Assembly: GCA_965116585.1 (NCBI GenBank)
Contig: OZ220714.1
Span: 159,651-223,650 of the forward strand
Direction of reading: 5' to 3'
DNA length: 64,000 bases
Source: Gammaproteobacteria bacterium
Lineage (GTDB): Bacteria; Pseudomonadota; Gammaproteobacteria; Eutrophobiales; Eutrophobiaceae
Shown: one piece after another, positions 40,600-51,161 of the stretch
How the letters are laid out: the number at the start of each line of letters is the position of its first letter
Position numbering within the stretch: position 1 is the stretch's first letter
The notes under the pieces: model-generated
What the model saw: only the letters and a program-made list of their open reading frames with translations
Told to the model about the DNA's origin: nothing
Databases searched by the model: none
Program-made: the position numbers and the translations under genes

Positions 40600-43416
40600 A
40601 TGGATCTACAAAAACACTTCCTGATTATTTTTGCCTCCATGCTGGCGCTGCTGCTGCTGGGCCTGTTCCTCTACAATGAAACCATCCGGTACGAAGATAA
40701 AATTGCAGAGGCCTCTGCCCGCAGGTACCAGTCCTTCCTGCTGGCTGACGAATTGCGGCAGAGTTCCGATGACCTGACCCGCATGGCCAGAACCTATGCG
40801 GTCACCGGCGACCCCAAGTTCAAGGAATATTTCGACAGGATACTGGCCATCAGGGGTGGCGAAGCGCCGCGCCCCGTGGATTATCATAAAATCTACTGGG
40901 ATTTCGTCGTGGCTACAGGCATGCCGCCACGTGTGGATATGCCGCCCAAGTCGTTACGGCAATTGATGAAAGAAGCGGCATTCACCGAGTCCGAATTTGC
41001 CTTGTTGCAGGAAACGGAAAACGAATCCAATCAACTGGTTAACCTGGAGAACCAGGCCATGAATGCCATGGAAGGCATTTTCGAAGATGCGGCCGGGCGT
41101 TTCAGCAAAGGCGCGCCGAACCGAGAACTGGCCCGCGATTTGTTGCATAGCGATGCGTATCACCGCGCCAAGGAAAAAATCATGGCGCCGCTGGAAGATT
41201 TTTTCGAGATCATTGACCACAGGACTTCCGGAGAGATTGCGCTCTATATCGACAAACAACAACGGGTAAACCTGGTATTGATGCTGACCCTGGGCCTGGC
41301 CAGCATACTGGCGCTGGTTTCCCTGGCGCTGGGTGGATGGTGGAGCCTGCGCCGAAAGTCCGCGCAAAGTGGCAAGTCACGGCTGGCGCAACGGCTGGCT
41401 GCCAGTGGTTATACTCCCGCGGACGCCGCCGGCAAGGGTTCAGCGCGTGATGCGCTGGTGCGCAAACTGACCACCAAAGTCGAACCGGCGGTACAAGCCG
41501 GCAAGGAAGTAATGGTGGAGTCCACTTCCCTGCAGGTTTTCCTCGGTACCTTCTGGCAAAACTGGCCACTTATCATTGCCGCCATCATTATTACCTTTCT
41601 GACCCTGGGGCTTTCCGGATGGTTCCTGAGTGAAAACCGGATTCAAGCCGAAAGCAAGGTGCGCGATGAATTGAAGTTTACCCTGGATTCCACCCGGGAC
41701 GCAGTGTTGGACTGGTTGGAGCAAACCAGCCAGGAAACAATTGAATTTGCCGACACGATCAGCCAGGAAGTGGTACGGGAATCCTCCCAATGGATAAATG
41801 AAGCGGATGATGACAAGCTGTCGCCCGTGCTGGCTGGTACGCTCTCCGGGGATGGGGACAACGAGCTTGGCTTGATTGACCTGGAACTGCATATGCTGGC
41901 CGAGCAGGCAACCATTGCCCAGCCTGACTTGTTTGATAATTACCTGATCGTTGATCCCAACGGCATTGTGCTGTCCAGTAATCGGGGAGATCTGATAGGA
42001 AAATACTTTGTCTTCCCCGATGGCACGATGGAACGCTTGCAGGCTGAGAAAACGGTCGTCAATTTCCCGCATCGGGACGCAAAAAACGAACTGTTGTCAA
42101 GCCATATCGTTTTCGGCTCGTTAATCGGAGAGAGCAAGGGAGCGGTCTTCATCATGACTTCTCCACAGCGCATGCTGGCCAAAGTCCTGCGGCGCGGCTA
42201 TTCCGGCAATTACGGCGAGGTTTACCTGGTTGACGCACAAGGCCGTTTTATCAGCGAACCACGCTGGAAAGAACAGATTTTTGATCGGGGCTGGGCTGTA
42301 TCGGAAACGCGCTCCGTGGTGGGCCTGTACGCAGTACCGCAGGGCAAACTCTCCGAGACTGGCAAGCTGCCCCTGTCCGTGCGGCGCGTGATTACCGGCG
42401 ACAGTGGCGGTGAGTTGCAGGAGTACAATAACTACCTGGACGAGAAGGTGGTCGGATACTGGAACTGGAACAATACCTATGGTTTCGGCATTATCAACGA
42501 GTTCAGAAGTGACGACGCGTTTGCAACGTCCAGGGCTTTCACCACGCAGACCATGGTGGGCAGCGGGTTAACAGCCGCCCTGATCCTGGCGCTGACCCTG
42601 ATGTCTATCTGGAGCCGCAGCACGGTTACCAAGGCCAGTGAGAAGTTACAGATCGCCTTCAAGACGATCAAATCCCATAATGACAAGCTCGCCCAGGACC
42701 TCAGGATCGGCCAGAAAGTGCAAATGGATATGCTGCCGGATCCCATTCAGGGACAGGGGTTTGCCCTGGAAGCCTTCCTGAAACCGGCACAAAGCGTGTC
42801 AGGCGACTTTTACGATTATTCCTTGATACAGGATAACAAGATCTATTTCTGTGTGGGCGACGTGTCCGGGAAAGGCATACCGGCCTCCCTGTTCATGTCA
42901 ATGAGCAAGGCGTTGCTCAACAAGATGCTGGACCAGACTGACCAGACCAAGGATATTGTTACCCGGGTCAACACCGAACTGTCCCAGAACAACGAAAGCA
43001 ATATGTTCGTCACCCTGATTGTCGGGATTATGGACTTGCGTAGTGGGCAGTTGCTCCTCACCAATGGCGGGCATAACCTCCCTTACATCAAAAAACATAC
43101 CGGTGAATTGATTTGCCTGGAGGAAGTTCAGGGGCCGCTGGTGGGTACTTTTGAAGGCATTGAGTTCGAGCAGCAATCCCTCACCATGGAGCAAGGCGAC
43201 ATGATATTGCTTTACACTGACGGGGTGACCGAGGCACAGAATATACGGGACGAATTCTATGAAGATGATCGGCTGAAGGACTTGCTGGAAAAAAACCGGT
43301 TTGACACTGCCAAGGACATGACCAGCGCCATTTTCAGAAACGTCGTCAGGTTCATCGGCCGGGCCGAACAATTCGACGATATTACCATCCTGACCTTTCA
43401 ATACACCGGCAAATAA
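40600..43416 (+). CDS. Membrane-bound SpoIIE/RsbU-type PP2C phosphatase with two extracytoplasmic sensor regions
   Basis: Four hydrophobic segments; C-terminal VSGDFYD, VGDVSGKG, YTDGVTEA and FDDITIL PP2C motifs. Confidence 0.9.
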   Translation: MDLQKHFLIIFASMLALLLLGLFLYNETIRYEDKIAEASARRYQSFLLADELRQSSDDLTRMARTYAVTGDPKFKEYFDRILAIRGGEAPRPVDYHKIYWDFVVATGMPPRVDMPPKSLRQLMKEAAFTESEFALLQETENESNQLVNLENQAMNAMEGIFEDAAGRFSKGAPNRELARDLLHSDAYHRAKEKIMAPLEDFFEIIDHRTSGEIALYIDKQQRVNLVLMLTLGLASILALVSLALGGWWSLRRKSAQSGKSRLAQRLAASGYTPADAAGKGSARDALVRKLTTKVEPAVQAGKEVMVESTSLQVFLGTFWQNWPLIIAAIIITFLTLGLSGWFLSENRIQAESKVRDELKFTLDSTRDAVLDWLEQTSQETIEFADTISQEVVRESSQWINEADDDKLSPVLAGTLSGDGDNELGLIDLELHMLAEQATIAQPDLFDNYLIVDPNGIVLSSNRGDLIGKYFVFPDGTMERLQAEKTVVNFPHRDAKNELLSSHIVFGSLIGESKGAVFIMTSPQRMLAKVLRRGYSGNYGEVYLVDAQGRFISEPRWKEQIFDRGWAVSETRSVVGLYAVPQGKLSETGKLPLSVRRVITGDSGGELQEYNNYLDEKVVGYWNWNNTYGFGIINEFRSDDAFATSRAFTTQTMVGSGLTAALILALTLMSIWSRSTVTKASEKLQIAFKTIKSHNDKLAQDLRIGQKVQMDMLPDPIQGQGFALEAFLKPAQSVSGDFYDYSLIQDNKIYFCVGDVSGKGIPASLFMSMSKALLNKMLDQTDQTKDIVTRVNTELSQNNESNMFVTLIVGIMDLRSGQLLLTNGGHNLPYIKKHTGELICLEEVQGPLVGTFEGIEFEQQSLTMEQGDMILLYTDGVTEAQNIRDEFYEDDRLKDLLEKNRFDTAKDMTSAIFRNVVRFIGRAEQFDDITILTFQYTGK

Positions 43417-43516
43417 GGAGGGATGCTTCTGCCCGTCATTCCTGCACATCAAGCCGGGGGCGCCGGGGATGGGAAGCGGGACGTTATAAATACCAGGCAG
43501 TGCCCAGGGACACAAG

Positions 43517-44005
43517 TTACAACTTGGACTTGATGATCACCACGATATTGCCATCCTGCGAGCCATAGTATTCAACCCGATCGTTGAGGCTTTTTACCAG
43601 GTGGATGCCCAGGCCGCCCACCTTTTCCTCCTTTTCACCCCCTGCTGTTCCCGCTGCCTGTGCGTCGCCAGCTTCCGTTCCGGATTCCGCTTCAGCGTCC
43701 TCACCCCCAAGTCGGGGCGCCGGCGCATCCCTGACCAGGTCAAAGGGCGGCGCCTTGTCCTGCAAGCTGATCTTGACATCCGATCCCATATCTTCCACAT
43801 CAATGATAACCGTACCGCCTTCATTATCCTTGTAACCGTGCATAAAGGAATTAACTATCAGTTCCTCCAGCGACAGTTCCAGTTCAAAGATTTTTCCATC
43901 AGCCAGCTTCCTCTCTTCACAGTAGGCTCTGAAATCAGAGGAAAATTCTGTCAGTTCCGAGAGGTCGGATAACACCCATTTATGGGCCTCTTCAACTGTT
44001 TTCAT
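43517..44005 (-). CDS. RsbW-like anti-sigma factor/serine kinase (HATPase_c_2)
   Basis: LEELIVNSFMHGY N-box, D.APPFD, GGLGIHLVK G2 box. Confidence 0.85.
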   Translation of the reverse strand: MKTVEEAHKWVLSDLSELTEFSSDFRAYCEERKLADGKIFELELSLEELIVNSFMHGYKDNEGGTVIIDVEDMGSDVKISLQDKAPPFDLVRDAPAPRLGGEDAEAESGTEAGDAQAAGTAGGEKEEKVGGLGIHLVKSLNDRVEYYGSQDGNIVVIIKSKL

Positions 44006-44190
44006 TGATCTGTGTCTCGGGTAAAATTATACAAGGCTGGCATTTTGGAATTTTACAGTATAGTATTGTCCGGAAATATCAAATCACAAATCATTCTCCT
44101 GGACTATTGTATAATATTTGCGCTTAGATTACAATATGTTTCAGCAATTAATCCACTGGCTGAGAGCCAGCAACCACAGCAGAGAAAATA

Positions 44191-44532
44191 ATGAGCGATA
44201 TTGAAACAGTAAATCAGGATGGTATCGTTATCCTTAACCTGAAGGGACGGGTTGACGCGACTAATTCCGGGCAAGTGCATGACAAGGTCATGGAAGAGAT
44301 TAAGAATGGTTGCAACAAGATGATCATTAATTTTGCAGACGTGAACTATATCTCCAGCGCGGGTTTGCGCGTGCTGATCTTTGCCACAAAAAGCTTTGCC
44401 AAGAGTTCCGGCTCGTTCTCAGTGTGCTCCCTGAATGAGAATATTATGAAAATATTCGAAATCAGCGGATTGATGAACCTGTTCACCATCCACGCTGACC
44501 TGGAAACCGGGATCAGTTCAATCGGTGGTTGA
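44191..44532 (+). CDS. STAS-domain anti-anti-sigma factor (RsbV-like)
   Basis: LKGRVDA, YISSAGLRVL phosphoacceptor serine motif, IFEISG. Confidence 0.9.
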   Translation: MSDIETVNQDGIVILNLKGRVDATNSGQVHDKVMEEIKNGCNKMIINFADVNYISSAGLRVLIFATKSFAKSSGSFSVCSLNENIMKIFEISGLMNLFTIHADLETGISSIGG

Positions 44533-45027
44533 GCAACGCCGCCTGAGTTCGTAAACAGGCGGGGCGCCGTCTGCGGCGCCTTGGTATTTCACGCTGAAGT
44601 CGGACAATCCCAACAGCGCGTCCTGTCCATCCTTGCCGTCCGGGAGCTGAAACGCATCTATCCCGCAGCGCTGCATGAAAAATAACTGGTCCCGCAACAC
44701 CTCCCCCACCGCGCGTAACTCTCCCCGGTAACCGTGGCGCTCGCGTAACAGGCGGGCATGGCTGTAACTGCGCCCGTCGGTAAATTTCGGAAACTCCAAC
44801 GCCACGAGTTCAAATAACTCCAGCGAACCGGACAAATCCTCAAGGCTGTCAGCGCCATTCAGGCAGACCGCGAGTTTGCCGTTATGCCGGGACAACGCTT
44901 CCCTGTGGCCGAGCCAATAATCCAGGGGCACTATCCAGTCGCCATCAGGCAATGGCTGTTCCGGCGCCGGCGCAACCGCCCGTTGCCAGGTATCTTCCAG
45001 CACTGTGCCGTGCTTAATAACCCGCAA
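44518..45027 (-). CDS. DUF934 protein (sulfite-reductase associated)
   Basis: FPKFTDGRSYSHARLLRER..Y.GELRAVGEVLRDQLFFMQRCG. Confidence 0.9.
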   Translation of the reverse strand: MRVIKHGTVLEDTWQRAVAPAPEQPLPDGDWIVPLDYWLGHREALSRHNGKLAVCLNGADSLEDLSGSLELFELVALEFPKFTDGRSYSHARLLRERHGYRGELRAVGEVLRDQLFFMQRCGIDAFQLPDGKDGQDALLGLSDFSVKYQGAADGAPPVYELRRRCSTTD

Positions 45028-46708
45028 CCGCCGCCCGCTCCGCTACTGGTTCCGTGCCAGGGCTGTAAACCCGCGTCTTGAACGGTTCCAGGCCCACACG
45101 CAGGTAGGTGTCCAGAAACTGCTCCTCCCCTTCGCGTTGCTCAAGATAGACCTGTAACACCCGGTCGATAGTCTCCGCGACGTCCTGCTTGGCAACTGCG
45201 GGGCCCAGACGGTCGCCCAGGCGCGCATTGTTGCCGGCCGAACCGCCCAGGGTCAATTGATAGAATTCCTTGCCTCGTTTGTCCACACCGAGTATGCCGA
45301 TATGCCCCACGTGATGGTGGCCACAAGCGTTCATGCAGCCGGACATCTTGATCTGGAAGTCCCCGATGTCATGCAGATAATCCAGTTCGGCAAAGCGCGC
45401 ATTGATCTGCCCGGCCACGTCGATGGAACCGGCATTGGCCAGGTTGCAGAAGTCCAGTCCGGGGCAACAGATCATGTCCGTCAGCAAACCAATGTTGGGT
45501 GTTGCCAGGCGTTCTTTCTTCAATGCGTTCCAGAGCGGGTAGAGGTCCGCCTGCCTGACGTGAGGCAGGACCAGGTTTTGATCATGGGTGACCCGTATTT
45601 CCGCATGGCTGAATTTATCTGCCAGGTCGGCGATATAATTCATCTGCGTATGAGTCGCATCACCGGGCGCCGCGCCGGGGTGTTTGAGTGACACGCAGAC
45701 GGCGCGATAGCCGGGCGCCTTGTGCGCCTTGACGTTGCGTTGCACCCATTGGTTGAACTCTTTTTGCAGCACCAGCCGCTTGGCGAAGGTATCATCCTGG
45801 GCGGCATCGGCAGCAAATTCCGGGGCCGTGAAGAAGCGGCTGACCCGGTCTATCTCGGCCTGGTCCAGTAACAGCGCAGTATCCTTGATCTCCTGCCATT
45901 CTGCTTCCACCATGGCGGTAAACTTGTCCGCGCCCACCGCGTTAAGCAGGATCTTGACCCTGGCCTTGTGCATGTTGTCACGCCGTCCCAACCGGTTATA
46001 CACCCGCAGGATGGCCTCCAGGTAGGACAGCAGGTGCTGTTTCTCCAGGTACTCCCGGATACAAACACCCAGGTACGGCGTGCGCCCCAGGCCGCCACCG
46101 ACCAGTATCCGGCAACCCACCTGACCGGCTTCGTTACTGACCAGGTAAATGCCAATGTCGTGTATCTGCACCGCGGCGCGGTCGGTCTGTGAACCGGAGA
46201 CGGCTATCTTGAACTTGCGCGGCAGGAAGGAAAACTCCGGGTGAAAAGTGGACCATTGCCGGATGATTTCACAATACGGACGCGGGTCTTCCAGTTCATC
46301 CTCGGCAATGCCGGCAAAGTGGTCGGAAGTGATATTACGGATGCAGTTACCGCTGGTCTGGATCGCGTGCATCTGCACACTGGCCAGGTGTTGCAGGATA
46401 TCGGGCACGGTTTCCAGCCTGGGCCAGTTGAACTGAATATTCTGCCGGGTGCTGAAATGCCCGTAACCCTTGTCATACTTCTCGGCGATATAGGCCAGCA
46501 TGCGCAACTGCGTGGAGGACAGCAGGCCATAGGGAATGGACACGCGCAGCATGGGCGCATGCCGCTGGATATACAAACCGTTCATCAGCCGCAACGGACG
46601 ATACTCGTCTTCACTGAGCTTGCCGTCCAGGTAGCGTTGCGTCTGGTCGCGAAACTGCGCGACGCGCTCATCTACAATCTGCTGATCGTATTGGTCATAT
46701 TGGTACAT
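45014..46708 (-). CDS. cysI: Sulfite/nitrite reductase hemoprotein (Pseudomonas-type CysI)
   Basis: MYQYDQYD, RLMNGLY, QTSGNCIRN, CCPGLDFC, SGCMNACGHHH; adjacent to DUF934. Confidence 0.9.
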   Translation of the reverse strand: MYQYDQYDQQIVDERVAQFRDQTQRYLDGKLSEDEYRPLRLMNGLYIQRHAPMLRVSIPYGLLSSTQLRMLAYIAEKYDKGYGHFSTRQNIQFNWPRLETVPDILQHLASVQMHAIQTSGNCIRNITSDHFAGIAEDELEDPRPYCEIIRQWSTFHPEFSFLPRKFKIAVSGSQTDRAAVQIHDIGIYLVSNEAGQVGCRILVGGGLGRTPYLGVCIREYLEKQHLLSYLEAILRVYNRLGRRDNMHKARVKILLNAVGADKFTAMVEAEWQEIKDTALLLDQAEIDRVSRFFTAPEFAADAAQDDTFAKRLVLQKEFNQWVQRNVKAHKAPGYRAVCVSLKHPGAAPGDATHTQMNYIADLADKFSHAEIRVTHDQNLVLPHVRQADLYPLWNALKKERLATPNIGLLTDMICCPGLDFCNLANAGSIDVAGQINARFAELDYLHDIGDFQIKMSGCMNACGHHHVGHIGILGVDKRGKEFYQLTLGGSAGNNARLGDRLGPAVAKQDVAETIDRVLQVYLEQREGEEQFLDTYLRVGLEPFKTRVYSPGTEPVAERAAVAGY

Positions 46709-46895
46709 GATGCTGCAAACAGCCCTGAGATAACAAAAGGCTGGCAAGGATAGCAGAGAGGTCTTATGAAGAAAAGTGCTTAATTTGACTATCTATATGC
46801 AGAACAGTTATATAGAGACTCGAGGTTCAAAGACTGACCCGGCAGGGCCAGGTCAAGAATCTGCTGATAAAGGCTCCTGCTTGCTCTCCCCCCGA

Positions 46896-48941
46896 TTAAT
46901 CCTCCTCATCCCTGGGTTTGTGCGCCGCGATCAGTTCTTTCTGGGTCTTGGCCGGTACCGGGTCGTAGTGGCTGAAGCTGAGCGAATAGGAACCCACCCC
47001 GCCGGTCATGGACTTCAGTTGGGACTGGTAATTGTCCAGTTCACCCAACGGCACGGTGGCGGTGATGGTGGACATGCCGCCGGCCAGGGACAAGGTGTTG
47101 CTGATACGCCCGCGCTTGCCGGAGATGTCCGCATTGATGTCACCCATGGCTTCATTAGGCGCGGTGACGTTGATGTCCACAATCGGCTCCAGCACCACCG
47201 GCCTGGCCTTGTGAAACGCGTCAAGAAACGCCTTCTTGCCGGCGGCGATGAATGCCACTTCCTTGGAATCAACCGGGTGATGCTTGCCGTCATACACGGT
47301 CACCCTGATGTCCTGCATGGGGTTGCCGGACAAGGCGCCCTGCTCCAGCGCCTGTCTAATGCCTTTCTCCACCGCCGGGATCAGTGGTTTGGGGATCACG
47401 CCACCCACGACTGCGTCCACAAACTCAAAACCTTCGCCGCGTGACATCGGTTCGACTTTCAGGAACACCTCGCCGAACTGGCCGGCGCCGCCGGTCTGTT
47501 TCTTGTGCCGGTGATGGCCTTCCGCCCTGGCGCTGATGGTTTCCTTGTAAGCGATCTTCGGTGGCCGGGTCGTGACCTCCACGTGGTAACGATCCTTCAG
47601 TTTCTCCAGCATGATACGCAGGTGCAGCTCGCCCATGCCGCGGATGACGGTTTCGTTGGTGCTGGCGTTGTGTTCCATCCGAAAGCTCTGGTCTTCCGTC
47701 TCCAGCTTGCGCAGGGAGTCTGAGATCTTCTGCTCATCGCCCCTGCTCTTCGCCTGAATGGCCAGGCCGTACATGGGCGCAGGCATGTTGACGGCTTGCA
47801 GGTGTACCTGGTCTTCGTCATGGGAATCGTGCAACAAGGCATCGAAATGAATCTCATCGATTTTGGCCACGCCGCAGATATCACCGGGTACACCCCGGCC
47901 AATTTCCTGATGCTCCTTGCCTTGCAGTTGCAACAGGTGCCCGACCTTGAACGGCTTGCGCCCGGCGCCGATATATAACTGGCTGTCCTTGGTTACCGTT
48001 CCCTGGTGTATCCTGAATATACCCAGCTTGCCCACAAACGGATCGATGTTGACCTTGAAGACATGGGCAATCACATGCCCGTCCGGGTCCGGAGAGACAT
48101 CCAGCCGTAGCGCAGCGTCACCCTCGCCCTTGAATACCGGAGGCGGGTTGCCCTCGCCCGGGTTCGGCATCAGCCTGGCAAACACGTCCAGCAATTCGCC
48201 CAGGCCCGCGCCGGTTTCCGCAGAGACAAAACACACCGGGATGAGGTGGCCCTCGCGTAACGCCTGCTCGAACGGTTCATGCAGTTGTTGCGGACTGATA
48301 TCCGCTCCCTCCAGGTATTGCTCCATCAGTTCCTCGTCCAGTTCAACCACCTGGTCGATGATATTGACGTGTGCTTCCGCTACCGAGAAAAAGTCGGTGG
48401 CGCCACCTTCGGCCTGAAAAAAGCAGTCCACCACTTTGCTGCCGCCCTCGGCGGGCAGGTTCAGGGGCAGGCATACGCTGCCGTAGGCCTCCCTGAGTTG
48501 TTGCAGGATGTCCTCGAGGTCCACGCCTTCGGCGTCAATCATGTTCACGATCAACAGGCGGTCCATGCCACGCTCCGCGGCCTGCTCCATCATCCTGCGG
48601 GTGACCATCTCCACCCCGGCCTGGGCATTGACAACCACTGCACAGGTTTCCACTGCCGGCAACACGGCCAGGGCGCGACCGATAAAGTCCGGGTAGCCCG
48701 GCGTGTCGATCAGGTTGATGTGGCTGTCGCCGTGATCCAGGCTGACCACGGCGCTGTCCAGCGAATGCTGGTGGGCTTTTTCCTGCGGGTCGAAATCACA
48801 TACCGTAGTCCCCCGCGCCACCGTGCCAATCTGGTTGATGGCCCCGGCCTTGTGCAACAGCGCCTCCACCAGCGTCGTCTTGCCCGCGCCACTCTGGCCG
48901 GTGATAGCAATGTTACGGATATTTTCAGTTATATAGGACAC
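46896..48941 (-). CDS. fusA2: Elongation factor G paralog (EF-G2/EF-G-like)
   Basis: RNIAITGQSGAGKTT, DTPGYPDF, GMGELHL, HKKQTGGAGQFG, HPVDS; lies outside the str operon. Confidence 0.88.
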   Translation of the reverse strand: MSYITENIRNIAITGQSGAGKTTLVEALLHKAGAINQIGTVARGTTVCDFDPQEKAHQHSLDSAVVSLDHGDSHINLIDTPGYPDFIGRALAVLPAVETCAVVVNAQAGVEMVTRRMMEQAAERGMDRLLIVNMIDAEGVDLEDILQQLREAYGSVCLPLNLPAEGGSKVVDCFFQAEGGATDFFSVAEAHVNIIDQVVELDEELMEQYLEGADISPQQLHEPFEQALREGHLIPVCFVSAETGAGLGELLDVFARLMPNPGEGNPPPVFKGEGDAALRLDVSPDPDGHVIAHVFKVNIDPFVGKLGIFRIHQGTVTKDSQLYIGAGRKPFKVGHLLQLQGKEHQEIGRGVPGDICGVAKIDEIHFDALLHDSHDEDQVHLQAVNMPAPMYGLAIQAKSRGDEQKISDSLRKLETEDQSFRMEHNASTNETVIRGMGELHLRIMLEKLKDRYHVEVTTRPPKIAYKETISARAEGHHRHKKQTGGAGQFGEVFLKVEPMSRGEGFEFVDAVVGGVIPKPLIPAVEKGIRQALEQGALSGNPMQDIRVTVYDGKHHPVDSKEVAFIAAGKKAFLDAFHKARPVVLEPIVDINVTAPNEAMGDINADISGKRGRISNTLSLAGGMSTITATVPLGELDNYQSQLKSMTGGVGSYSLSFSHYDPVPAKTQKELIAAHKPRDEED

Positions 48942-49022
48942 CAATGACACCTCCTCAGCTTGTTATTGTTCCTCTAACCGGAGTGTAATACTAACACATC
49001 ATCAGCGCGCATAGGAACCCGC

Positions 49023-50117
49023 TCAGCCCGGCAAATGCGCCCTCCCCAGGTACTCGTGCGACTGCATTTCCACCAGCCTGCTGGCGGTGCGCGCAAATTC
49101 CCGCGCCAGGCGTTTGCCGCCGTACAACCGCTGTGCCGGCGCCTGCGCGCTGACCAGCAATTTCACGTTGCGGTCATAGAACTCATCCACCATGCTGATA
49201 AACCGCTTTGCCCGGTCATTGTCCATATCATCCATGTGTGGAATGTCCTGCACGAAGACCGTCTGGAACTGCCGCGCAATCTCGATGTAATCAGCCACGC
49301 CACGCGGGCCGTCACAGAGTTCGGGGAAATCAAACCAGACTACGCCGGAAGCCAGTTGCCTGCATTGGAGTGTCCGGCCCGCGATCTCAATCACGGCATC
49401 GGTGTGCGCAGACCCGGAAGCAATCCTGGCAAAGCTCTGCGCCAGTTTTTGTGCGCTGTCCGCATCCGCAGGATAATGGTAAACACTGGCCTGGTCCAGG
49501 TAGCGCAGGCGGTAATCCGTGCCGGTATCGAGGTTGAGCACGCACGTATGCTGCTTGAGCAATTCGATGGCCGGCAAAAACCGTTCCCGTTGCAGCCCGT
49601 TCCAATACAGTTTGTCGGGCTGTTCGTTGGACGTGGCAACCAGGGTAACCCCCAGGCTGAACAACTCATGCAACAAGCCGCTCAACAGCATCGCATCGGT
49701 GATGTCGGAGACGTGGAATTCATCAAAACAAATCACGCTGGTGTTGCCGGCCAGCTTACGCGCCACCGTCTTCAGCGGCGCTTCCACCTCAGTGAGTTGC
49801 TTCAATTCCGCATGCACCCACTGCATATAACGGTGAAAATGCACGCGCAACTTGTCGTCAAACGGCAGGCTTTCATACAGCATATCAACCAGCCAGGTCT
49901 TGCCGCTGCCGACACTGCCCCACAGGTAAAGCCCCGTCACCGGCCGTGCAGAATGCCCGGCAAGCCGGGCAAAGAACCGGCTCAGGCGACTTGCCGAGCG
50001 CGCCGCCACCAAGGCATCGTATAACGTCTGTATCTGCTCCACCACCAGCGCCTGCGCCGGATCTGGCATAACCCGCCCCTGATCGAGGTCGGATTGGTAA
50101 CGTTGTATGGGAAACAT
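49023..50117 (-). CDS. zapE: Cell division ATPase ZapE (AFG1 family)
   Basis: GLYLWGSVGSGKT, RVHFH, CFDEF, ATSN, GLQRERFLP, RTASRLVEMQ. Confidence 0.93.
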   Translation of the reverse strand: MFPIQRYQSDLDQGRVMPDPAQALVVEQIQTLYDALVAARSASRLSRFFARLAGHSARPVTGLYLWGSVGSGKTWLVDMLYESLPFDDKLRVHFHRYMQWVHAELKQLTEVEAPLKTVARKLAGNTSVICFDEFHVSDITDAMLLSGLLHELFSLGVTLVATSNEQPDKLYWNGLQRERFLPAIELLKQHTCVLNLDTGTDYRLRYLDQASVYHYPADADSAQKLAQSFARIASGSAHTDAVIEIAGRTLQCRQLASGVVWFDFPELCDGPRGVADYIEIARQFQTVFVQDIPHMDDMDNDRAKRFISMVDEFYDRNVKLLVSAQAPAQRLYGGKRLAREFARTASRLVEMQSHEYLGRAHLPG

Positions 50118-50123
50118 GAGGAA

Positions 50124-51161
50124 TTAATCATACCCCAGGTGCTCCAGACCCGCGCGGCAGGCGCTGGTGATCGCAGCTTTATCATCTTCACCGAGCTCAT
50201 TGAACTTCGACCTTGTCTGGCGTGGCACCCTGCTTGCTTCGGCCAGCCAGGTTTCATTTTCCAGGGATGGGTCGATGAAGCGGATCAGCCTGTGCAGTTG
50301 CGCTTCCGGCGCGTCCAGCACGTCTTCAAACCTGACTGTCAACAGGCGTTCAGCAGGGAAATTTGCAAAAAAGCGCCGGGTCATGTCGATCTGCACCTGC
50401 CAGAAAGCCGCATAGTCCGGGAGCCTGGCCTGGTCATAGGGCAACCACGCGGACCTGATGAAACGGTTTGCCAGGATTTCCAGACGCGGGCCGAGCCACT
50501 CCCAGCGGCGTTGGTTGGACATCATGCGTAACGGATCCACACCCACCCCGCGCAACAGCATGACGTTTGCCAGCACCGTCCGGAACAGGTAATGCCGACT
50601 CATGGAGATCGCAGTTTCTCGCCCGTCGCGAATAATATGGATGAAGCGGGCGTCGGGAAACTCCCGTATCAGCACCGGCACAAGCAGCAACGAACTCCCC
50701 GAGCGTTCCACCCAGACCCTGCGCTCGAAGCGTTGGCACAACCACTCGAACAAATACCTGAAGTGCCGGGCCGGCGCTTGCCCGGGCTGCGCTTTCACCA
50801 CGGCTTCAAGTTCGGCAAACAACTCCTCATGGTGCTCAGTGATGTGCGGCAGTGTGGCGCACAGCAACGGTGGCACGTTCTGACGAGTGTAGCGGGACGC
50901 GGAGTCGGCAAATGGATACAGCAACTCCGGGTACTGTTCCCTCACCATCAGCCTGGTACGCTTGCTGTGCCTGCCGTAGAAATTCCACATCTGCTCCCCG
51001 CTGCGCTGCTGCCAGATCCGCCATTTCAATTCAAGAAAACCGAAAAACTCGCTCAGGCTGAGAATATCGGGATGCCGGTTGAGGACGTTGGAAATCATGG
51101 TGGAACCGCAACGTCCGGTGCCGACCACAAAGACCGGAGGGATATTCGGCAATGACCTCAC
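50124..51161 (-). CDS. PAPS-dependent sulfotransferase
   Basis: VVGTGRCGST 5'-PSB motif, IIRDGRETAISM 3'-PB motif, VRFEDV; 4-bp overlap with the upstream P450. Confidence 0.9.
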   Translation of the reverse strand: MRSLPNIPPVFVVGTGRCGSTMISNVLNRHPDILSLSEFFGFLELKWRIWQQRSGEQMWNFYGRHSKRTRLMVREQYPELLYPFADSASRYTRQNVPPLLCATLPHITEHHEELFAELEAVVKAQPGQAPARHFRYLFEWLCQRFERRVWVERSGSSLLLVPVLIREFPDARFIHIIRDGRETAISMSRHYLFRTVLANVMLLRGVGVDPLRMMSNQRRWEWLGPRLEILANRFIRSAWLPYDQARLPDYAAFWQVQIDMTRRFFANFPAERLLTVRFEDVLDAPEAQLHRLIRFIDPSLENETWLAEASRVPRQTRSKFNELGEDDKAAITSACRAGLEHLGYD

